Part shown: piece by piece, positions 16,760 through 24,489 of the stretch
Layout: every line of letters begins with the position of its first letter
How positions within the stretch are numbered: the first letter of the stretch is position 1
IMG/VR virus record: IMGVR_UViG_3300036846_000887
Span: 1 to 52,373 of that record
Direction: 5' to 3' (one strand)
Length of the DNA: 52,373 nucleotides
DNA from: a virus
Lineage: Duplodnaviria > Caudoviricetes
Program-made: the position numbers and the translations under genes
The notes under the pieces: model-generated
Told to the model about the DNA's origin: nothing
The model's database searches: none
The model's input: the letters and a program-made list of their open reading frames with translations, nothing else

Positions 16760-17381
16760 GGTGCCGCCGCCGATCGCCGCGCTGCCGGTGAACAAGGCCG
16801 GTTACCCGATCCCGTGGTTCGTCGACCGGGACGCCGACGTCGACGGCGAGCCCGACTTCCGGATCGCCGACTCGCGCAAGCTGCGCGACGCGATCCGGTT
16901 CCGCCGGTGCTGGGTGTGCGGGCGGACCCGCGGTGTGTTCGGCAGCTTCGTGATCGGGCCGATGTGCGCGATCAACCGGACCTCCGCCGAGCCGCCGTGC
17001 CACCACGACTGCGCGGTGTACTCGGCGATGCACTGCCCGTTCCTGACCCGGCCCGAGATGCACCGGCGGGACCGGCACCTGCCGGAGGACCACGTCGATC
17101 CGGCCGGCATCATGCTGCTGCGCAACCCGGGCGTCGCGCTGGTATGGACCTCGCGCACGTTCGCCACCTTCCGGATCGGTGGCGGCATCCTGTTCGACAT
17201 CGGCAATCCGGTCACCACCGAGTGGTACGCCGAGGGCCGGGCGGCCACGGCCGCGGAGATCCGGGCCAGCATCGACTCCGGGCTGCCCGCGCTGATGGAT
17301 GTCGCCGAGGAGGAGGGGGCGGACGCGGTGGCCGAGCTGACCCGGCGCTACGACACCGTGGTCGCGCAGTGGGCCAGCTGA
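16752..17381 (+). CDS. Cys/His-rich hypothetical protein
   Basis: GYPIPWFV...PDFR...CWVCG...GPMC...EPPCH..CA...CPFL; AAGGAGG RBS. Confidence 0.85.
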   Translation: MTKVPPPIAALPVNKAGYPIPWFVDRDADVDGEPDFRIADSRKLRDAIRFRRCWVCGRTRGVFGSFVIGPMCAINRTSAEPPCHHDCAVYSAMHCPFLTRPEMHRRDRHLPEDHVDPAGIMLLRNPGVALVWTSRTFATFRIGGGILFDIGNPVTTEWYAEGRAATAAEIRASIDSGLPALMDVAEEEGADAVAELTRRYDTVVAQWAS

Positions 17382-17449
17382 GGCAGGTGTCGGAAACCGC
17401 TCAGCGGGGGATACTCCAGGTGCATCGCTCTCCGGAGAGGGGGCCGATC

Positions 17450-17638
17450 ATGTTGCTGCGCGCTCTGTGCATCATCGCCGCGGTGGTGTTCCTGATGCTG
17501 GCCGCGTTCGAGGTCACCAACGACACCGTCAACTTCCTCTACCTGGGACTCGCCCTGTGGGCGGCGAGCTTCCTGCCGTTCGAGGAGTACACCACCACGA
17601 CCACCGGACGACGGAGAGTTGTTGAGCGCGTCGAGTGA
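17450..17638 (+). CDS. small two-TM membrane protein
   Basis: Two hydrophobic segments; GGAGAGG RBS. Confidence 0.7.
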   Translation: MLLRALCIIAAVVFLMLAAFEVTNDTVNFLYLGLALWAASFLPFEEYTTTTTGRRRVVERVE

Positions 17639-18050
17639 GCCTCGGGAAACCGAGGACCAGTTCGTCTCCCGCATCATCGACTACGCCCGCTGGCGCGGCT
17701 GCGTCGCCTACCACCAACGGCCTGCCCGGATGGTTGACGGTAGGTGGCGCACCGCGCTGGTGGGTGACAAGGGTTTCCCCGACGTGGTAGTGGCCCGCGG
17801 TGGGAAGTGCCTGTTCTTCGAGGCGAAAGTCGATCGGAACAGAGCCAGCCCGGAGCAGCAGCGCTGGCTGGAGGCGCTGCCCAACGCCTACCTGGTGACC
17901 CCCCGGGACTGGCCACAGATCGTCGGGCTCATCAACGCGCTGGCCAAGGCCGCCTCAACCCCGCCCGTCGTTCCACCGAACCTGCCGGCCGCGCCGCTCG
18001 TTCGCGTGCCGGGTCGAGGCCATGATGACCTTCCGGCTGTGCAGCCCTAA
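17619..18050 (+). CDS. VRR-NUC domain nuclease
   Basis: GFPDVVV...FFEAK...S.EQ..WL. Confidence 0.9.
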   Translation: MLSASSEPRETEDQFVSRIIDYARWRGCVAYHQRPARMVDGRWRTALVGDKGFPDVVVARGGKCLFFEAKVDRNRASPEQQRWLEALPNAYLVTPRDWPQIVGLINALAKAASTPPVVPPNLPAAPLVRVPGRGHDDLPAVQP

Positions 18051-18215
18051 CGCCAGCGCCTCGTCCAGGCGCTGCTGCAGCCGCGCCTCGAAGTAGGCGT
18101 CCTCGATCGCCACCCATAGTTGCGCGTTCAACTGCTGTCGCACGTCGAGCAGGAACTTGACTCGTTCCAGAGGGTCATGCGGAGCCTGCTGCCTGACTAT
18201 GCTCATGTCCGTCAT
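17955..18215 (-). CDS. hypothetical protein, lone reverse gene in the left arm
   Basis: Protein-like 86-aa ORF filling an otherwise empty gap; overlaps the low-complexity VRR-NUC tail. Confidence 0.65.
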   Translation of the reverse strand: MTDMSIVRQQAPHDPLERVKFLLDVRQQLNAQLWVAIEDAYFEARLQQRLDEALALGLHSRKVIMASTRHANERRGRQVRWNDGRG

Positions 18216-18293
18216 GGGTCTATACTAGATCCGGGCCAGTTTGTACGACAGGATGGAACTGTCACACCGCCGTCCTAGCCTCTGGTCCACCGG

Positions 18294-18307
18294 CTTAGTC
18301 CACTAAG
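18294..18307. repeat. 14-bp palindrome copy 15
   Basis: CTTAGTCCACTAAG directly before AACGGAGC. Confidence 0.95.
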
Positions 18308-18322
18308 CGAACGGAGCAGAGC

Positions 18323-19012
18323 ATGACCGAGACCGTCGAGCGCACCGTCCCCGTCCAGTACGACCAGCTGCTGGCGCCGATCCAGTACCAGCTGCTGCTG
18401 ATGCCGCCACCGGCGAACCGGATCGAGCAGATCCAGGGCAACGACTACCTGCCGCACGAGGAGGCCCGAGCCGCGCTGTGCCGCATCTTCGGCCCCGGCA
18501 ACTGGGACTCCCAGGTCATCGACGTCGCCCTGCTCTACGACGAGGACTTCCACGACAAGGACAACCAGGGCAAGGACCGCACCCGCCGCCGGGTCGCCTA
18601 CCGGGTCGGGGTGAAACTGCGGATCCGCAACCTGGTCGGCGTCGAGGTCGCCACCTTCGTCGAGTACCACGTCGATGAGAAGCTGCACCCGTCCCGCGGT
18701 GAGGCGCACGCCGGTGCCGTCACCTCTGCCGCCTCCTACGCATTCCGCCGCTGCGCGATCGGTCTCGGCGACGCACTCGGCCTGTCGCTCTACACCGGCG
18801 AGGGTCCGATCAAACTCATCAACGGCACCATCGCGCTGGACCGGGACCGGGAACGGATGGAGCACGCCCTGTCGCCCAACGGCTACCGGGCAGCTACGGC
18901 ACCCGTCTCACCCGCCGAAGCCGCCGCAGCACTGGCCGAGGTCACCGGCGCCCTCGGCGCCACCGAGATCGGCGAGGAGAACCAGGACACCGGCACCGGG
19001 GAACCGGCATGA
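18323..19012 (+). CDS. Rad52/Rad22 (Sak-like) ssDNA annealing protein
   Basis: YL.....R..L.RIFG..NW...A..A...A.RRCA..LG...GLSLY. Confidence 0.9.
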   Translation: MTETVERTVPVQYDQLLAPIQYQLLLMPPPANRIEQIQGNDYLPHEEARAALCRIFGPGNWDSQVIDVALLYDEDFHDKDNQGKDRTRRRVAYRVGVKLRIRNLVGVEVATFVEYHVDEKLHPSRGEAHAGAVTSAASYAFRRCAIGLGDALGLSLYTGEGPIKLINGTIALDRDRERMEHALSPNGYRAATAPVSPAEAAAALAEVTGALGATEIGEENQDTGTGEPA

Positions 19013-19941
19013 ACCCCGACGAGCAGGCCATCGCCGACGACCTGTACTCGGCGCTGAACACCTACACCGACGCGCTGCCACGGACCGTGCAGTCCGCGAA
19101 GTTCCAGGTCGGCATCTCCGACCTGGGCTTCTGCTCCGAACGGACCCGGCGGATGATCGCCGAGATCCCCAAGGCCGACCCGGAGGACAACCTGAAGTCC
19201 TTCATCGGCCACGCCGTCGGCGACTGGCTGGAACGGGTCGCGCTGACCGTCTGGCCCGACGCCTACACCCAGGCCGAGGTGGCGCTGGTGCTCGCCGGTG
19301 ACGGCGGCGAATACTACGTCACCGGACACCCGGACCTGATCCGCCCGGACTGGGGCGTCATCGACGTCAAGACCGACTACGGCCTGGATGTGATCGCCCG
19401 CACCGGCCCCACCATGCAGCAGATGTTCCAGCGGCACTGCTACGCCAAAGCCGCTTACGAGAAGGGGCTGTTCACCATCCCGCTGGAGCAGGTCAAGACC
19501 GCCAACGTGTGGCTGGACCGGTCCGGGCAGGAGCAGCGGCTGCACAGCCACGTCGACGACTACGACCCGTGGATCGTGGCGCAGGCCGCGGCCTGGCTGG
19601 ACGACGTGGTGTACGCCCACGCCTACTCGCAGGAGGCCCGCAAGGAACCGCCGCGGGAGATGTGCGCCAAGGTGTGCGGGCACTTCTCCACCTGCCGCGC
19701 GCTGGACACCGACGCCACCGGGCTGCTCACCGACGACGAGGTGCTGGCCGCGATCGACGTGATCCGCGAGGCACGCCGGATGAAGCGGGAGGCCGACCGG
19801 ATGCAGAAAGCGGCGTCGGCGAAACTCACCGGCATCAACGGCAGCACCGGTAAGTTCTCGGTCCGCTGGGTGTGGGTCAACGACGGCGACGTGGCCTACC
19901 ACCGCGACGGCTACTACAAGCTCGACATCAGGGAGATGTGA
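19009..19941 (+). CDS. Cas4-like PD-(D/E)XK exonuclease
   Basis: S.LG.C, GHPDL...VIDVKT, Q...YA, C-terminal C-x3-C-x5-C. Confidence 0.88.
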   Translation: MNPDEQAIADDLYSALNTYTDALPRTVQSAKFQVGISDLGFCSERTRRMIAEIPKADPEDNLKSFIGHAVGDWLERVALTVWPDAYTQAEVALVLAGDGGEYYVTGHPDLIRPDWGVIDVKTDYGLDVIARTGPTMQQMFQRHCYAKAAYEKGLFTIPLEQVKTANVWLDRSGQEQRLHSHVDDYDPWIVAQAAAWLDDVVYAHAYSQEARKEPPREMCAKVCGHFSTCRALDTDATGLLTDDEVLAAIDVIREARRMKREADRMQKAASAKLTGINGSTGKFSVRWVWVNDGDVAYHRDGYYKLDIREM

Positions 19942-20303
19942 TGGCACGCAAGCCCTACGCGATGGAGCAGCTGCTCACCGAGGCGCAGACCATCGCGGGC
20001 GACATCCCCAAGGCCGTGCTCGCCGGTGAGGACGGCTTCGGCGTGTACCGCGACGTGCTGTTCACCCCGCCGCTCGCGCAGAAGATGTTCGATCTGCTGG
20101 AGATCGCCAATGACGAGCGGGTGTGGGGCGTGGTGGCGGAGACGGACGGCTCGGTGCGGGTGCAGTTCGTCGGCGACAACCGCGCCGATGACCGGACCCC
20201 GTTCTACCTCGACGCCGCCGACGCGGTCCTCAATGAGGAGCAGGACGACGACGAGGACGACGGGGGCGACAGCGATCCGGAGCCCGAGCCCGAGGATGGA
20301 TAA
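19941..20303 (+). CDS. hypothetical protein with acidic tail
   Basis: TGATG overlap; GGGAG RBS. Confidence 0.8.
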   Translation: MARKPYAMEQLLTEAQTIAGDIPKAVLAGEDGFGVYRDVLFTPPLAQKMFDLLEIANDERVWGVVAETDGSVRVQFVGDNRADDRTPFYLDAADAVLNEEQDDDEDDGGDSDPEPEPEDG

Positions 20304-20628
20304 CAAGTTCGCTCTCGGCATCCGTGCCGACGAGCGGCTCGGCATCTGGATCTGGCCGTACGTCACCTTCCCGTACGAGCACGCCCCGATCCGCAGCCCG
20401 GAGTATTACGCCATCGCCGCGCTCGGCCTGATGGTGATCGTCGACGACGACCCGATGGTGAACACCCGGCTGAACAACATGCTCGACATGCTGCTGGTGA
20501 ACAACCCGCTGCACCTGCACGGCAACGCGGTGATCGCCGCGCGCAGCGACGAGCAGTACATGGAGCTGGCACCACAGGTGATCGCCGAACTGGTCAGCAT
20601 GGCGCTGTGGCCGGGCCCGCCCGCTTAG
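20296..20628 (+). CDS. hypothetical protein
   Basis: ATG 20296; last left-arm gene; stop inside palindrome 16. Confidence 0.75.
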   Translation: MDNKFALGIRADERLGIWIWPYVTFPYEHAPIRSPEYYAIAALGLMVIVDDDPMVNTRLNNMLDMLLVNNPLHLHGNAVIAARSDEQYMELAPQVIAELVSMALWPGPPA

Positions 20629-20637
20629 TCCACTAGG
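20624..20637. repeat. 14-bp palindrome copy 16, at the arm convergence point
   Basis: CCG-CTTAGTCCACTAGG-CGG between converging genes. Confidence 0.95.
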
Positions 20638-20641
20638 CGGC

Positions 20642-20728
20642 TCACCGGTTGCGGATGAAGAACACCGCCAGCGTGAGGGCCAGCAGGATGACCACACAGG
20701 CCAGCGCGAAGACCTCGCCCCGGCTCAC
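20642..20728 (-). CDS. 28-aa membrane peptide, lysis accessory candidate (not in ORF track)
   Basis: MSRGEVFALACVVILLALTLAVFFIRNR; TAGTG overlap. Confidence 0.6.
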   Translation of the reverse strand: MSRGEVFALACVVILLALTLAVFFIRNR

Positions 20729-20904
20729 TACTTCCCGTTGCTGGACGGCAACGACACCACCACGATCGCCAGTCCACCCAGCAGGCCGATCGTGGCCAAC
20801 AGCCTGGTGTCGGCGTTGCGGGCGGTGACCAACACGATGATTGCCAACACCAGCACGCCGACCCCGAGCAGGATCAGAATCGCGATCCGCTTGGCGTGGC
20901 TCAC
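20728..20904 (-). CDS. two-TM membrane protein, putative holin
   Basis: MSHAKRIAILILLGVGVLVLAIIVLV...LLATIGLLGGLAIVVVSL; end of late operon. Confidence 0.65.
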   Translation of the reverse strand: MSHAKRIAILILLGVGVLVLAIIVLVTARNADTRLLATIGLLGGLAIVVVSLPSSNGK

Positions 20905-21830
20905 TAGTACAGTCTGGCGGCGACCGACAGCGTCACGGCCAGCGACGTCGCCGGCGTGCCGATACCGGCCTGGTACACGGTGGCCACCACCTGGTTCGGG
21001 TTCGGGCCGGTGGTGGTGGAGATGTTCACGATCAGGCCGGGGCTGGCGCTGTTCACCGCGACCACCTGGCAGTCCAGCACCCCGTTCGCCGAGGTCAGGT
21101 CGGTCGCGCTCAGCAGCACGATCTGGCCGTTGCCGTCGGTGGTGCCGGTCACCAGCTTGGTGATGCCCTGGACCGGCGCCTCCGCCGTGTACGGCCCGGT
21201 GATCGCGAACAGCTGCCCGGACGCGGTCTGCTTCGTCACCACGTTCAGCGGGTGCCACGCGGTGCCGTCGTACCAGGACACCACACCAGGCACCGAGGAG
21301 ATGGTGGACAGGTCGTTCAGCAGCGGCGCCGGGTTCGCCGCGGAGCCGCGGGTCGGCGCGTCCGCGAACTGGCGGACCAGCAGATGCCGGGTGGTGGCGT
21401 TCAGCGCGACACCCGTGCCCGATACCGCCAGCTCGGTGTCCGGCACCACCTTCAACTGGTTGCCGGATGAGCCGTCGCCGGTCAGCGAGGAGTCGTGGCT
21501 GATCGCACCGGCCGGCGCGGTGGTCGGCGGCACCATCGCGAACGTGCCCCCGGCCTGCCGGGCGACCACGTAGCCGACGGTGGTGTTGGTGGTGTCCAGG
21601 TCCAGCAGGTTCGTCATCCGCACCGTGGCGGCCGCGGAGATCGTGAACGGGTCGGCCGAGGTGCCGGTGCCGGTCATGGTCATGTTGATGGTGGGGGTGT
21701 CCTGCACCATCATCGCGCCGGACGTGGCGGTCAGCACGAACGGGTCGGCGGGGGTGCCAGATCCGGTGACCGTCATCCCGGTGCCGGCGGTGAGCTGGCA
21801 GCTACAGGTACTTCCGCAGCATCGTGGCAT
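20904..21830 (-). CDS. minor tail / fibre protein
   Basis: Thr/Gly-rich, repeated G.GT.ADPF, DSSLTGDGS, WYDGTAW. Confidence 0.8.
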   Translation of the reverse strand: MPRCCGSTCSCQLTAGTGMTVTGSGTPADPFVLTATSGAMMVQDTPTINMTMTGTGTSADPFTISAAATVRMTNLLDLDTTNTTVGYVVARQAGGTFAMVPPTTAPAGAISHDSSLTGDGSSGNQLKVVPDTELAVSGTGVALNATTRHLLVRQFADAPTRGSAANPAPLLNDLSTISSVPGVVSWYDGTAWHPLNVVTKQTASGQLFAITGPYTAEAPVQGITKLVTGTTDGNGQIVLLSATDLTSANGVLDCQVVAVNSASPGLIVNISTTTGPNPNQVVATVYQAGIGTPATSLAVTLSVAARLY

Positions 21831-21906
21831 GGCAGTCCCTCCGGGTTCGCACCGTCAGTGGCTCCGGCGTCGTGGCGCTGGCCGTCGTGCTGGGCAGAGC
21901 GTAACG

Positions 21907-21920
21907 CTTAGTGGACTAGG
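21907..21920. repeat. 14-bp palindrome copy 17
   Basis: CTTAGTGGACTAGG; contains stop of 21916..22209. Confidence 0.95.
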
Positions 21921-22209
21921 CGGGCGGGTGCAGATCAGACACCCGCTGCCAGGCGGCCTGCGCCTCGGCCAGGATCATCTGGTCCGGCACGGCGTCGCTG
22001 CCGCCGCCGGTGAAGGCGTCGATGACCTGCTGGCTGCTGGAGACGATCGGCATGAACCACGCGACACCGTCGGTGGGCGAGATCAGTATCTGATGGCCCA
22101 ACGGGTCATCGGGTGGCCGGGTGACGGCAGCCTCCTGCGTGATGCACGCCTGCAGCCGCCGCTGGAAGTCGCCGTCATAGGCAAGGTTCGCCTGGTCGGT
22201 GTACGACAT
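21916..22209 (-). CDS. small tail-fibre-associated protein
   Basis: ATG 22209 after AGGAG; follows the fibre gene. Confidence 0.75.
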   Translation of the reverse strand: MSYTDQANLAYDGDFQRRLQACITQEAAVTRPPDDPLGHQILISPTDGVAWFMPIVSSSQQVIDAFTGGGSDAVPDQMILAEAQAAWQRVSDLHPPA

Positions 22210-22223
22210 TGTCGACTCTCCTG

Positions 22224-24464
22224 TCAGGTTTGCAGCGTGGCGGGGGTGACGTCGGTGCAGGTGATCCAGGTCGTCGCGGACAGGTTCCAGGTCGCCGTGC
22301 TGTTGCCCCGGATCTGCATGTTCACCACGTCGCCGGCGTTGACCACCAGGACCAGCGTGCCGCAGACCTGATAGAACCCACCGCCCGTCGACGTGCCCTG
22401 GAACGCGAACGAACTCGGTGACTGCATCGCACCGCCGAGGAAGTTCATCTGCCCCCAGCCGGCACCGTTGCCGCCGGTCCAGTTGGACATCACCGCCAGC
22501 AGGCACGGCTTGATGAAGGTCAGCGTCGTCAGCGAGCCGCTGGTGTAGGACCCGTTGTAATACTCGGTGTTCGCGGGCAGCCCCACGTCGCAGTAGCCAG
22601 CCGCCGCGATGCCGTTGGCGGTGCGGGAGACCTTATACCGCGACGACCGGGGGAACCCGGCGCCCGTGGTGACCCAGCCCGAGTCGTAGTCGGTACCGGA
22701 GTTCTTGGTGAGCACCTGACCGGCGCTGCCACCGGCGGGCACTCCCTGACCAGCCGGTCCGGTGGGGCCGGTCGGCCCGGTGGCACCGGTCGGCCCGGTC
22801 GGACCAGCCGGTCCAGGCACTGTCGAGGTGGGCCCGGTCGGACCCGTCGGGCCGGTCGGACCCTGCGGTCCGGTCGCCCCCGGCGGGCCGGGGACGGTCG
22901 AGCCGGGCCCGGTCGGACCAGCCGGCCCGATCGGCCCGGTTGCACCGGGCGGCCCAGGCACGGTTGAGTCCGCGCCCTTCGGTCCCGGCGGCCCGGTCGG
23001 TGCCGCTTCGAGGTCGACCGGCCAACGCAGGATCATCGACACGTAGGCGTTGGTGCCGCCGGACAGGAAGCCCTGGAAGGACAGCGCTCCGTCGATCATG
23101 ACGTCGATGCGGCAGGTCACGTTCGCGCTGGCACCGTTGACCGACAGCAGTTCATACCGCGGTGCCACCCCCGGGTTCGGGAAGCTGCCGGAAGCCACGA
23201 ACGAGGTCGGGATCGTGCTGGTGCCGCCCTTGATGAGTCCCCGGGTCGCGGCGACGCCGAACCGGTTCTGGCAGTGCTGCGGCGGTGCGAAGACGGTGCC
23301 GTAGGGCACCCAGGAGTTGGTCAGGGCCAGGGTGCCCCAGGTGCCGCTCGGGTTGGAGATGACGATCCCGTCGAGGTTGACCGCCGTGTTGCTGCCGCCG
23401 TTGGCGTAGCCGACGACGAACAGGTTGCCGCTGGGGTCCAGGTCGATCCGCGCGGTCCCGCCGCCGCTGATAGCCCCAGCAGCGACCGTGTAGAGGGTCT
23501 GGTTGTTGCCGGTCGAGTACAGCCCGGCGGGCAGCGTGGTGATGGGGTTCGCGACGTTGATCCCGCCGCCGGCGATCCGGCCGGACAGGTGCACGTCACC
23601 GGCGGCGTCGACGTAGTAGCGGGCCGGTGCGTAGCCGGCCACGTTCGACCAGCCGCCGCCCGGCGTGAACGACGTCCAGGTCGGCGGTGAGGCGGAGTCC
23701 TCGGCCATGTACTGGCAGTTGTGGAACGCGAGCGTCAGGGAGACGTTGCCGTTGTTGCCGTTGTAGAACACGTCGCCGTTGGGGTTGATGAGGATGCTGC
23801 CGGTGATCCCGCCACCGCACTGACCGGTGAAGACTTCGGGGTACGCGGGCCGGAACCCCGACGGCAGGGTGAAGGCCGGCGCCGTCGTCGAGGGCACCTG
23901 AGCAGCGATGAACACGTCCAGCCAGACCTGCCCGACGCCGTCGCGTCTGATCCGGCCCCGGCTGAACCCAGTCCCCGCGCTGGCGTAGGACGTGGTGGGC
24001 GCGTTGTAGAAGATGCCGCCCTGAACTCCGAAGTACAGCCAGCCGGTGTCCAGCGACCCGGAACCACCACCGCCGCCACCACCGCCGGAGCCGCCGGCCG
24101 CCTTCCACGGCTCGTACAGCCTCACCCCGTTGGTCGCGTCGTAGTAGAAGCGCCGCTGGTACTCCCGCTGCGTCCCGGCGTCGGTGTAGGAGTAAACGTG
24201 CTGGATGCCGTTCTGGCCGTCGGAGGACTCGGTGAACCCCACCCACGGCACCGTGTCGTCGGGGGAGTCGGCGACCTGGCCGCCGATCGTCTGGTAGGAA
24301 CCGGTCAGGCATGCCTGGTCGTCGTTCCAGGTGTTGACGGTGGTGGACACCGGCTCGAAGCCGGCCGCCGGGACGCTGGTGGGTTGCCGGTTCAGGATGC
24401 CGATGTTGCGTTCCACGGTCCGCATCCAGTCGGACATGGTGATGTTCTGGGTGCCGGTCTGCAC
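22224..24464 (-). CDS. tail fibre with collagen-like region
   Basis: Repeated FTLPSGFRP-type beta modules, (GPT)n collagen, PAGG..GQVL.K.S.TDYD..W. Confidence 0.9.
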   Translation of the reverse strand: MQTGTQNITMSDWMRTVERNIGILNRQPTSVPAAGFEPVSTTVNTWNDDQACLTGSYQTIGGQVADSPDDTVPWVGFTESSDGQNGIQHVYSYTDAGTQREYQRRFYYDATNGVRLYEPWKAAGGSGGGGGGGGSGSLDTGWLYFGVQGGIFYNAPTTSYASAGTGFSRGRIRRDGVGQVWLDVFIAAQVPSTTAPAFTLPSGFRPAYPEVFTGQCGGGITGSILINPNGDVFYNGNNGNVSLTLAFHNCQYMAEDSASPPTWTSFTPGGGWSNVAGYAPARYYVDAAGDVHLSGRIAGGGINVANPITTLPAGLYSTGNNQTLYTVAAGAISGGGTARIDLDPSGNLFVVGYANGGSNTAVNLDGIVISNPSGTWGTLALTNSWVPYGTVFAPPQHCQNRFGVAATRGLIKGGTSTIPTSFVASGSFPNPGVAPRYELLSVNGASANVTCRIDVMIDGALSFQGFLSGGTNAYVSMILRWPVDLEAAPTGPPGPKGADSTVPGPPGATGPIGPAGPTGPGSTVPGPPGATGPQGPTGPTGPTGPTSTVPGPAGPTGPTGATGPTGPTGPAGQGVPAGGSAGQVLTKNSGTDYDSGWVTTGAGFPRSSRYKVSRTANGIAAAGYCDVGLPANTEYYNGSYTSGSLTTLTFIKPCLLAVMSNWTGGNGAGWGQMNFLGGAMQSPSSFAFQGTSTGGGFYQVCGTLVLVVNAGDVVNMQIRGNSTATWNLSATTWITCTDVTPATLQT

Positions 24465-24475
24465 AGCCCGCCCTC

Positions 24476-24489
24476 CTTAGTCGACTAAG
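24476..24489. repeat. 14-bp palindrome copy 18
   Basis: CTTAGTCGACTAAG (perfect); contains a stop. Confidence 0.95.

Noticed and set aside
16747-16760. Half-sites of the palindrome (752, 1746, 15660, 16747)
   Set aside because: Only one arm matches; not counted as copies
22750-23000. Collagen-coding and tape-measure (30370-30570) nucleotide repeats
   Set aside because: Explained by ordinary protein repeats
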